A DNA stretch of 64,000 nucleotides. It comes from Ptychomitrium polyphyllum (lineage: Eukaryota). Both the position numbers and the translations under genes were made by a program. Shown one piece after another: positions 25,788-37,190 of the stretch. The notes under the pieces are model-generated. The model did not search any database, was not told where the DNA came from, and worked only from the letters and a program-made list of their open reading frames with translations. Within the stretch, counting starts at the first letter, position 1; each line of letters opens with the position of its first letter. The stretch covers positions 19,964,001-20,028,000 of the forward strand of contig OZ316775.1 of assembly GCA_973851085.1 (NCBI GenBank), in the 5' to 3' direction.

Positions 25788-28539
25788 TGCGTTGAGGTAA
25801 CGTCAGTGCGGAATCCCGAGCTACGATTAAGCAGCTGCTTCATCTGCAAATACCTGTACAGCTCAAAGCGGGCAGAGACAAACAAATGTTGTGGATTATG
25901 AAAGACAAAATTCTAGTAGGAGAACTACTGATTATAGCATACAAAAGTGAACATGAACATGAATTGTGTTGCAATGCGAGTGAGCAAAAACTTTTAAGTA
26001 ACAATCCCTGTTGCCATACTTATAGCGAAAAATTGGGAGCTACAAAGAAATGATTGAGCGAACTTTGCAAAAGCTCTTCTACGTACCAACTTCAATGGGA
26101 CCGGCAATGTCGACAGATTTTAGTCTGCCTTGACTTTACCAGATCTTGATACACGATTACACAATGATTGCTTATAATACGATGCTACGGTCGGGTGCAC
26201 AAAGACTATCACACTGTCAGAGGCTTCAGGACAGAACTTTGTGGACCCGAATGGTAGCCGACTAAATCACAATTGACAGTTAGTCATTCTTCGCCAAATC
26301 TGCCGACTAGAAATAGCCGTAATGAAGCTCCGTAGAAAAGCTTTTAATAAAACTATCACCGAATACTCGTTTTCAGATTATCGGCTTTAAAATAAATGTC
26401 AATGAAGTTTCGTGTTGTGCTTCCTGTTCCAGCACACCTCAGTGACTAACTCAACACTTACACTGTCCCCCGACTAGCACAGAATCCAGACATGACGGTG
26501 GGTCAAAGACGAGAAGATCATGACAACTTAGCTCAAGCGGAAGGTGCTAAATTTGCTTATTATTCAATAAGTATAATACTTTCCAATAGGTTCCAAGACT
26601 ATTCACAATAAAATTTCAGATTTGTCTTAAAGCGATAGCAGGCATTCGTAATCGACTAAAGGCCTACTAAGTTTTAAACTAGATGCCTCTCATTGTACCA
26701 GCGACATTATAGGAGCGAGAGCTCCACTTTAAATGAATCGTTCTTCTCTGTCCAAAACAGGCTGTCCATGATGGAAGGAAACGACTTCAGAACAAGAAGA
26801 CCATCTCCACGTCGCACGACCCTACTACGTAAAGTCCTGTCCTCTTCATGGTCAAAGATGGAGCCTTATATGGGCGTGATTAAACTTGAAGCTTCCAGTT
26901 CTTTCTATATCATCTGAGAGGCGGTACTGCTTCGACATGTTGGGTACCAAAGAAGGTAGAGGGTAAATTCTCGTGAAATTAGTGATGAACAAAGAAGAAG
27001 CGTTCAAAGAATTGCACTTTTGAGCCTTGAACTCTTAAGTCCTGCACTATTACAAGTTGACAATAACATCTAAAATATTCACCATCGTCTGTCTCCATGA
27101 TAAAAGAAGCATTTCTCTCATCGTCAGGTCGCGTTTCACCCAATTCTACCGCACCATTGTGGTTCTTCCGAAAGTGCATCGGAAAGACCTAACTTCGGAC
27201 CTTCGTGATTGCAGCCTACTACTGAACAACAGAAAGGGAAAAACCCAAACATCCTCGTGCTGAGCCCTTTTCCTCAGTTTCGCGTACTGCAGCATTTTCT
27301 TGCAACCCAGACAGCATACTTAAAGCTTATTTCCAAGGATCCGATGATCTTTTCAACAAGAACGCATCGATTACCTCTATAGGTATAAACATGACGGACA
27401 TATTCCTTTGTGCTTCAATATGCAACAACTTGCGCAGGCAGTGTGACCAATCTGCAACTAAACATAAATCAACAAACCTTCAGTCAGAACCAGGATCTCA
27501 TAATCTCTATACCGTAAGTAACAGACACCTACACCTCACAAGCACATTGCTCACACGCATGTAAAGGAAACAAAAAGCTGCAGCGCTTTGCTGCCTATTA
27601 ACAAAACCCACTCCAAATCACAATCTCGCAAATTAACGCTAGCATGGCTTCGGCAGAATATATTGCTCTTCAAAACTAAATAAAACAAAGCACGCTCTCA
27701 AGTCCCAATACCAGTTAACAACATTGAGAAACCCATTGATGGAAGAGAGGAGAGGTTGACATACCTATTTTGAACCTCAGAGCAATTGAAAAAAATTGAG
27801 TAGAATGTGATTTGCGTACTTGATACACGAGCGGTGAGAGAGCCTCTAATCAAATGGAGCAAGTAAATGCGTCCATCTTGCTGTCCGTAAAACTCATCAA
27901 AGTGCCGATCCTCTGAGACAATGCCAAAACATCCACAAAACAATCTGAATTAATTAAAAAAGATAATCATTTCACAAATTCAGAACAAACAAAGTGCAAG
28001 CACAAAACGAATCAGAGACAGAGAGAGCCAAAGAGTTACCTGTTGATTGACTGCTGGCTTGATAGACAAAATGGCTATACTAATACCGTCGCTGGGATCA
28101 AAAGTACTACGTCTGAGCCACAACACTGCTAACTTGAACGGAGTGCATAGAGTACCTAAGTTGGAAGCAGCGAAACCCTGGAAGCTGTCTTGCAAAACTC
28201 CCCAAGGAGACCAGCAATATAAGGTTGGCTATTGTGAATTGCCGGCTTCATGAGCTACTAATAATTTAAACTCACAATTGAGATCTAGTTAAGAGCCAAC
28301 CGAGTACGGTCATTGCGCAATTACAAAGGATTCCAAAGGCGGCTAAGTATAAATAAGTTCACCGAATCCTGGTCTGGGTGTTAATGCTACATTTGAAACG
28401 GGACATCCCTTGCTCTTGCATAATTGAATTCTGTACATCCCGGGAGTTACCAACATTCGCAAGAGCTCAAACCCCGATCATCTCTATTGCACAACACTAG
28501 AAGGGAAACAGAATCCAATCCATATATTACATCTAGATA

Positions 28540-29310
28540 TCACGTGACCCTAATCAATACCACCATGAACATGAACATGCCAAACACCACAAACAAAATG
28601 AGCCAAATCAAGCAGCTCGTCTTCCAGCTCTGGCTCGAAAGAGTGCCCATCCGAACATTCGCTCGGTTGGTAGACGCAAGGCTGTACTCAACCGCATCCT
28701 CCGTCGACTCCAGCACTTTGTCAGTCTCATGAAGCGCTTGGTCCATCAACAAGCTGCTCTCCTTCAGCTGCGCTGACAACATCACCATCTCATCCGTCAG
28801 CCCCTCCTGCAGCTCCCGGTGCCGCTGCACCAACGACTGCAACCCAGCGTCCACCCTCACCGCCCCCCGAGCTGCCCGCCTTCCTTCACCACTGTCCTTC
28901 CTCCCATCCTTCACATCATCCCCTCGCAGCCGCCTCCGCATGGTCGCCAACCCAATCCTCTCCTCTCCACCTGCTGGGCGGCTCTCATCCGCGCGACCCT
29001 TCGCAGATTCATCTCCCCGTACATCCTCCACCGGCTCCACGCTGCTGCTGAGCGATTCCCAAGCACTCGCATCGTCATTCTGGAAGTGACCTCGCAGCTT
29101 CTGCGCCACGACATCGATCTGCTGCGCGTAGTCACGAGCCCGCGACGCAGGGATGGTGGGCAGTTGATCCTGGCGAGCGGGATCTCCAGTGAGATCCGCA
29201 AGCAACGACCGCATGGTGGCCACATAGTGCGCGAGCTTGGCTTCGTTGGTCTGATTCTCCTGCGCTCGCAGCAGGCGCTTCAGATTCACTTCCGCCTTGC
29301 TCACCCCCAT
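28540..29310 (-). CDS. USE1: USE1-like ER Qc-SNARE, 256 aa, single exon
   Basis: N-terminus MGVSKAEVNLKRLL...KLAHYVATMR; SNARE heptads HRELQEGLTDEMVMLSAQLKESS...TDKVLESTEDAVEYSLAST; C-terminal TM ending LIRVT*. The real start is taken as ATG 29310 rather than the longer ORF start at 29628. Confidence 0.93.
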   Translation of the reverse strand: MGVSKAEVNLKRLLRAQENQTNEAKLAHYVATMRSLLADLTGDPARQDQLPTIPASRARDYAQQIDVVAQKLRGHFQNDDASAWESLSSSVEPVEDVRGDESAKGRADESRPAGGEERIGLATMRRRLRGDDVKDGRKDSGEGRRAARGAVRVDAGLQSLVQRHRELQEGLTDEMVMLSAQLKESSLLMDQALHETDKVLESTEDAVEYSLASTNRANVRMGTLSSQSWKTSCLIWLILFVVFGMFMFMVVLIRVT

Positions 29311-29899
29311 CTGTCGTCCCCTGCCTGTCCTCCAAACCCTAATCCAAACCACACAAGTCAAGGGACCCGGGTTAATCCCAGAAGAACGAAGCCAGGGCAA
29401 CGGATCGTTTCTAAGCCAACTGGAGAAAAGGGAGCGAGGCGACTGGTGGGAAGCGAAGGAGCGATGGAAGAACCAACCCCACTTTGAGTCCTCCCCTGTC
29501 GCCCAAACCCTAGACTGCACAGCAGTCAACTGTATGCGCAAAAGAACGAAGAGCTTTGAGCAGCGACTTGTTTCCAAGCCGTGCGATCTGAAGCGGGAAT
29601 AACAATGCGAGAGGAGAAACGGGAGCAAGGATGGCGCCAGAGGCCGGCGATGGAGCTCACAAAGCAGCCTCGACAGGCTTGCAACGTGGTGACCTCGGCC
29701 ATGAGACGCAATACCCGCTTAAGTATCACACAGGTATTAACTGAGTATCGCATAGGTGTCGATCGGGAATGGATATTCTGCACCCTGGACTCCATAAGAT
29801 TATTCTTTAGGTCAAGAGAAATAGACTTTTTAAACTCGGTGTAGAACTACTTGCACACTACTTGAACTACTTGCAAGTACTCGAATTTCAACCCTCAAT

Positions 29900-31880
29900 A
29901 TCTTGCATATTGCTTCACAAATAAAATAAATGACTATGTTGTTTCATTGTTCTCCTCGATTCCGTTTTAGTATTTTGTGTACCAAAATCATTCAAAACTT
30001 TATTTATCTTTGTTTATTGTGATTTTGTTTTGGTCTTTGCAAATACAATATGGAACTTTAAGGTTTGAGTTTTATATCAAAATGACAAAATTGGTTTTGA
30101 ATCTTAAATTTATATGTGCAATGAATGGTTTTTAAATTGGTGTAAGTTATGAAGGCATTGTGTTAAAAAAAACTGGAAGCATGCTTATAGCTTAAAGTGG
30201 ACACTTCATTTTACATCCAATAATAGTTATTATAGGAAAAAGGTTTATAAAATTTATCTTTCTATGGCAAAACCTCAAATAGATATATTCTTTATTTAAA
30301 TATGAAGATCACTTAGAAATATACTTGAAATATCCAAAGATTTCAAAAATAGAATTAAAAAATACCAATGTGATGTTCAATTTATATTTAATCAATATAT
30401 ATAATACTATGTTGATATCCAATTAATATTCACATAATATATAGGTAATATTTAGATAATATTAAATAAATTTTTCAACCTGATAAAGTTTTTTAAACCA
30501 TACAAGTACAAATGGTTTTAAATTCATCTAAAGATATATTTAAGATCCTATTACTATCACCTTTAACAATTTGTTAAAAGTTTATGGTTGATTTGAAAAT
30601 TAGATTTATTATGTTAGGATAGTTTTCTATATAGAGAATGGTCCATTTTAAATTTAAATCATCATTTGTGCCAATTATCCATTTAAATATTTATTCATAA
30701 ATTATAAGCTTTTTATTTTTTAATATATAAACATATTAAAAAAAAGATTTTAATATAAATACTTCAACATTTATAAGCTCAAATTTCAATAAGTTAAAAA
30801 TATTATTTATTCAAAAACATTAAAATTTGAGCTTAAATTTTATTAAATTTTATTTGAACATTGATTTTATATATTTGCAATATTTAAAGCCATATTTGTT
30901 TGTATAATGTAGAAAAATATACTTTGAATTCAGAAATACTTCCATAGTTACTTCAAGGTTTATTGATAAATTACATAAATTGTATTGAATTTATCATAAA
31001 TATTATACCTTAAGATAATTTTTTTTTTAAAAATCTCTAGAATTTACAAAAAATTTGAGACACTTTTGAAAAATCTAAATTTATAATAAGAATTTTGCTT
31101 TAATCATATGCATTTCAACTTTCATTATGAATATAAAGGTTAAAGACCCTTATATTTTATTATTGGCATTAAACTATAGTATACACTTACACTTAAGCTT
31201 CTTTATTGTCACTAGTTCAAGATGCAAAGCATCTTTTATTACATGTTCACATGGAAAAATATTGTAATAAAGGACTAATTTTGAATTAAGTCAAAATATT
31301 TGTGTCTTTCTTTAACATTACAATTTTTGAAAATTTCTTTTTGATTTAAGAATTGGTCATATTCCAAAAATTGATATAAAAAAGGTTTGAATGTACTTTA
31401 ATACCTTTTCATTCTAAAGTTCATTGTTATAACCTTCTTCCTAAGAATTTTCTTAAAAATGTCATTACAATTTTATCTTTATTTTCATTGAAAGAATTGA
31501 ATTCTCATTTTGATCCATTTATTGTACCATTCCTATGCATTAAGGCTTCAAATCCAAATAATATAACTTGCATTTTTCAATCAGTGAATGTCATTCAACT
31601 GTGTAGGCGTCATTGATTTAACCTTCATTTGCAGTATTCATTCATATTGAAGGTAACAATATATTCTTCATCGAATGGCTTATCTATCATTAAAGTTTGT
31701 GTAAAGTTTGACAATTCTTCAGAAAATGAATTTTTTATTTTTTAAAATCTAATTATTGCGCGATTGGTAGTAATAGCATTTCTTCACTGTAATAGTTAAG
31801 TAGTTTTCACTTTTTTGACCAAAGTACGAGTCCAAGATCAGAATTACTCAAATGGTTGCTCCGTATGTGTATAATTATGA
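29900..31880. other. Extremely AT-rich, CpG-poor intergenic island (possibly an ancient decayed transposon)
   Basis: No ORF of 60 aa or more over about 2 kb, long A/T runs and very few CG dinucleotides by eye. No terminal repeats were recognised, so the origin is inferred. Confidence 0.45.
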
Positions 31881-31927
31881 GGAAACAGTATAAGTACACT
31901 CTCTCGATGGTGATAAAACCATCTCTA

Positions 31928-34900
31928 TTAGCCTATCCTAGGATGTTTTTGCAAGGTCTCTTGATCATTCATGTCCAGCAAAACTTGTCTGATGGTCGTC
32001 CGCATCGTCATGGCAGTTGAAGGTTCATACCAGTCTGTGAGCTGAGGCATGCACCGACACATTAGCAGAGCGACAGTGGGTGCTTGCAGATTTGGTTTGT
32101 GCAACGCGATGCACATCTAACGCTGAAACAGTGAATGTGATCTGTGCAAGTAAGGGAATAGTGGAAAGAAGAGAATGGTTCAACCAGACACGTCTTATGA
32201 AGAAGCCAAGAGGTAACTTACAAACGGGAAGCCTGTACTTTGTCCCAGATTGAAGCTTTCAGGTCCATTCTTGAGGAGAAGCTCCGCATATTGCAATATA
32301 AACAGACCAGCATCACCGCAATTACCCTGTTGTGGAACCTTCAAATCAACGCACACGATGTGAGTAAACAGAACAAACGGATAACAACTCTCAAACATGT
32401 GCAATAACAGCTGACAGCACAATCAGTTCCAGAAACACAGAAGGAGATATTTGGGTTAATCACCTGCTATCACCAAAAGCACAACAAGGTATAGCTCAAT
32501 TAGCGAAGAATCTCAATACTTACCAGGGCCGAATGGAAAGGAATATCGGAAATTTCCTTTGGAACAATAGTGCCACCATGTTGCCAAATCCACTCCATGA
32601 GCAGTATGCTGCAAATCAACCACGCACTTTCAGCAAAAATGAATAGCTCACAGGAAATCTAAGTAACATGTAAGTAGGGATAAGTGACCTGCTAAACTAA
32701 ACCCTGCCTAACAAATATCATGTCAAATGAAACATCTTTAATATCCGAACGTTACATGCGAGCAGAAATATCATGATCAGATCATTACAATCTGATGTGT
32801 CTCTCCATATCCAGATGCGCCTTCTGTCCTGATGGATTAAGGTGTAAAATGCAAGGCGCTACAACTCTTGACTCCATTCCTACTGCATACCACCACAGTT
32901 TGACTTATCACAATGCTGGCTTGCTGAAAACAATAGAAACTTCTGAAAAACAAACGTACACAACCTCAACTAGCATCATAAAAGAAGCAGGGCACAACAT
33001 TTACACGTTTAGAAAGATCCACTTATAGACTTGGACCTAAATTACCTGCAAGAGGTTTTCCAGGGAAACAGATGACGACGAGACTCCACTGTTCCCTGTT
33101 GTTAGCGCAACAAAGAAACACAGGTGTAAGTAGATGACTCGATTGAGGGTCGAATCCAAATGAGGCACACAAATAAAGGTTTACAAATAAGGCGATCTGT
33201 CCACAGGAGTGGTGAAATTTATTGAGTACAAGAGAATCTTGTTAGAGTTCAAACTCACAACTTCTGCTTTGATAGATTGTAGGATTACTGCCTGTTCTTC
33301 CTAGGAGATCACAAAGTTGAATCTTTAATCTAGCACCCAATAAAGAATATCAAACATGCAACACAGAATCAGCAAGCGGGCATTGTCATGGTTAAGATCT
33401 CTACAGGCTCTAAATTGAAGGGACGACAGCCATTGTACGGACACTTCTGTATCCCCAGATCATACACTTCAGAAAAGTTTGTGAAGAGACTTACTCCTTA
33501 AGAACTGGGATCAAAACATAGCTTTTGTCAAAAATACTTCTCATCCACTGTCGTACACTCCCATATTTGACTGCATTTAAGTTAGCTGATATACTCCTTG
33601 TAAAGGGTTTGAAGATTTGTACATCCGAAATTCGTGTACTCTTATAATGAAGATATCTGCAAGATGACAACGCACATGCTAAAGATAGATTACCGATGAA
33701 TGATAATAGCTGCTCCATGTCATCCTAAAACAAACAACCATTTTAAATATGTAAAATGAATATTTTTGATGAGGGACTTTCAAGAACTAACGTGAAGAGA
33801 TCAATAGCAATGACATCATCATGGCAATGCACCCATCTAAGGTCCAAGCCAAAACTCTTTTAAGTATTGTAGGTCGTTAAGTATTGTGTTGAAGCTACAC
33901 CTAAACCTCTGCGTGTGCTGAAACTATAAAATGAGAAGTTTGACAAGAAATAAGTATTAAAGCACACCACCAAGTTTCAAATCAATATATGCAACTCACT
34001 TCAAATAGAAGTCTACAATGTTGTCAGACAACTGCTCCCCTGGCTCTAGAGACTTTATATCGTCATGTGTGACAATTACAGGGTCTGGATCATCTGGGGG
34101 CCACACGACCTTCCTGAAGGTGGTTTCAACGCCGTTAACCCTGATAAGAAAGGAAAAACTCTTCATTGAAACTAGCTATAAAGATGACAACAATCATCGT
34201 ATTAATCAAATTTCTGAGAAAGTAGTTCTGCCATCACAAGACAGTCCTTAAAAAGGCTACACAACCTCAAGAATGAATTGAAACTGAAAATTAGATGCCC
34301 AAAGCAAAACCAACATGTGCACATTTTGTGCAATCCTCACGAGCGCTTTCATTAAACTCTTTGAAGTGGAAGGTGAAACACACCTAGGTTGCTCGTTGTT
34401 CCTGTGCCTTTCCGAAAAAGCACGCACATTATGCTCCACGAGATTCAATTCACGCTTGTCTATTTTAAGAAGGTAAGATTCTGCAACAAGAAACAGATGT
34501 CAATCTACTGAATTCAGGTTTCACAGTGTAAAAGAGAAGTAACATGGAGCATACCTTCGATATCCATTGAATGCATCACCTGAACTTGTGAATTCGGATG
34601 CACTCTTCAACGCCGCCAACACAGATTTCAGAGATGCAACCACATTCACCTTTGCATCACAGCCAGTGTCCTCTGCTAGTTCTAAGCCATTTACATCAGC
34701 CCCCTCATCAGAATCCCCTGTTCTTCTGGCACATATCTTCCCACAAATTTGACCTGACTTATCCTGATCTTTATGGCAGGAAAGGATATGCTCTATATCT
34801 TTGATCAATACACCAAATGCAGAGGCGATCCCAGAGGGCTGCCCCGTGGAAGTTGGACTTGATTCGCTTGGTATAAATTCAATATGTGCCGCGTCCGCAG

Positions 34901-37190
34901 GAGTTCTGTCGAACCTCAATTGGGTCAAATTGCCCTCAGGATACGTTTCACTTGGGGCTTTGTACACAGTATTAAAAAAATTGTCCATGGTGGGTTCAGC
35001 CCTGGAGGGTGCAGCCTCAGCTAACAACGGCGATGTCCCAACCTTTTGCAAAGTACTAGCACTTTCGTTGCTTTTCTTTCCCCTTCTTTTCCCAGGTTTG
35101 CAATCGGCAATCAACTCATGCCACTTCTGCGTATACTCCGTAGGAATAAACTTAAATGAATCTCTGTTCGCATCTAGAACCTCTGCATACGTGTCCTGTG
35201 TTTTGGAACAGTGCTCTTCAATATCCATGTATACACGCCTGAGAGTGTCCCATCTCTCGCCTACATGCTTCCCAGATCTGGGAGTGAATTTCTCCTTTAG
35301 TTGTGAAGCTATCTCATCCCATGCACTGGAACCCTTCGGGCAGGACTTCCTCTCTTCTTTATTCTGAAGCTGTCCTTTCCTCAACAGCAGCAGTTGAAGC
35401 GTTTCAGCCTCGCTCCAGTTTGAAGACCTCTTCCGCTTTTTTCCAGCTTCTTCCTGCTCCTGCCTCGTCAACCATGTGCCTTGCTGTCCTTGACCTTGCA
35501 TGCTGTCCTTCTCTTCTTCCTGACATTTACTATAGGCCACCTCTAGGAGAGGAATCATTGACAACGGTACACCTGCTTTGTTCCCACTACACTCCATGTT
35601 CGAGGCTCCTCTACAAAAAGAGAGAAAAAATGCTTCACGTATTGCATAGAAAATTCTTGGCATCGCCCAGACGATACTTCAAAAACTGCCAGAACCCTGT
35701 GAGATTTCTGACTCCCTGCTCGTATCAATTACTTTCTCGCATACAATGCGACTCTTCCATTTCAAGTCAAGGAATGTGATCTAATCTCAACTCTCATTAT
35801 TCAATTCTTGATGAAACTCATAATCACAGCAACAAAAGTACCGGCAAAAATGCACCACCACGTGACTGGAGGACCTCAGCTAGTTAACAATCATCGTACT
35901 TCTTTCATATCTTGTAAAAAGAAACACTATTTAAAGACAGACGTCATCCGCCTTCTGAATGTGCTGACTCCATCAAATCAAATCCTAGTATTTAGTGAAA
36001 TCTCTGACTCCTCGCATCGCAGCTACATAGTCACGACTTAGATCACAGCAGACAACCCTAAGTGTTCCATTCACCAAACAAAATAACCTCACAGACCTCC
36101 ATCCGCAACGTCATCTAGCAAACCCACAGAAACCAACCTAGTGCCCCACACCCGCATCCCCAAGTGCCTCACACATTTGAATTACCCCCAAAAAGATGGA
36201 ATTCACGTCGTCACAAAGCGCCCACAAAAGAAGTCGCAACAAAGAACGACGTACTCATCGCAACCACCATCCTGCCAACCAAAAGAGAAAACTGGGTGTT
36301 CACCGCATTCATACCCCCCTCGACTCCTGGTGATCATGGTATCCCTGCGCTGTCGCAGTTGCCCTCCACGCCACCACCACGCATGTCCAGAAACCTCACC
36401 AACCTCGATGCCTTCGTCAAAACCAAAACCACGGGTTCGGACCCTCACAAATCACGCCCAATCGCAGGAAAACATTCCCACCAAAGCTGGGAGTTGCTAA
36501 ACGGAACTACAAGTTGGTAGCTACAGCTAACACTTGCAAGCACAAACCTTTTCAATTGAAGTTTGCAGAGACCATTCTCTTCTACTAATGGTTGCAAATA
36601 CACAATTTCACCACTCCCACAAACAGCGTAAAACAGGACACAAGACTTGTTCTGAGAGGCTCCCTGATAGGTCTCCTGATAGTAGGTCGATGCGTAGGAG
36701 GCCATATACCCGGGATGGTCGATATCTACACCCGGACATGAAACATAGTATCCTTCGAAGATGGGAGTTTCTGGTGTTGAAAGCATGGCAACGACAACCT
36801 TATCCCAATTCTCTGGCGATGATCTGATGATCTTGTAGCGTTCGAACCTTGGAACAGATCTAGGTAGTGCCGTGTCTTTCTGTCCTTCGAGTTTTGGAGA
36901 GTTTTGGAGCAGGTTGTGTGATTTTGGAGTAGGTTGTGTGATTTTGGAGTCATGGCCATGGCGTCACTCATTGTTGCGCCCTCATCGCTCTGCTGGTCGT
37001 CGTCCGCGTTCTTCACCCCTGTTGCGGTGCAGGAGAGTGGTGCTGTGTCGACGTCGTCCTCAGTTTCGGTTTCGTTGCCTGCCATTGTGTGCGGCCGCGG
37101 CGACAAGCGCACTGCGAAGGGGAAGCGAGCGCGCGGCTCGTTCGGGAACTGCCGGCCCAAGGACTCCTCCAAGGGGACTGGGTTGGCCAT
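31928..37190 (-). CDS. Trihelix (Myb/SANT-like) DNA-binding domain fused to a catalytically dead Ulp1/peptidase C48 domain; 10 exons; exon 1 frameshifted by a 20-bp duplication (intact 709-aa frame from ATG 36786)
   Basis: Exons 37190-36548, 35610-34580, 34480-34384, 34140-34000, 33656-33495, 33095-33046, 32882-32789, 32608-32524, 32338-32222 and 32041-31928. Trihelix: KKRKRSSNWSEAETLQLL...AWDEIASQL...RSGKHVGERWDTLRRVY. C48: VVWPPDDPDPV...LEPGEQLSDNIVDFYLKYL, IFDKSYVLIPV, EQWSLVVICFP, PCILHLNPS, VPQQGNCGDAGLFILQYAE, DWYEP. Confidence 0.85.
36911..36950. repeat. Exact 20-bp tandem duplication AGGTTGTGTGATTTTGGAGT x2
   Basis: 36911-36930 is identical to 36931-36950. Confidence 0.97.

Noticed and set aside
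28819..29487. 222-aa plus-strand ORF
   Set aside because: Antisense shadow of the GC-rich USE1 CDS; low-complexity and without motifs.
29311..29628. 106-aa N-terminal extension of USE1 in the ORF track
   Set aside because: USE1 similarity starts at MGVSKAEVN (29310); the upstream part looks like an open GC-rich 5' UTR.
34037..34040. Suspected frameshift in the C48 exon near EPGEQ
   Set aside because: Recounting shows four Cs on the plus strand (CCA GGG GAG CAG on the minus strand), so the frame is intact.
31928..37190. Ulp1 domain as cargo of a Mutator-like (MULE) transposon
   Set aside because: No MuDR transposase motifs, TIRs or target-site duplication were seen, and the multi-exon structure resembles host ULP genes.
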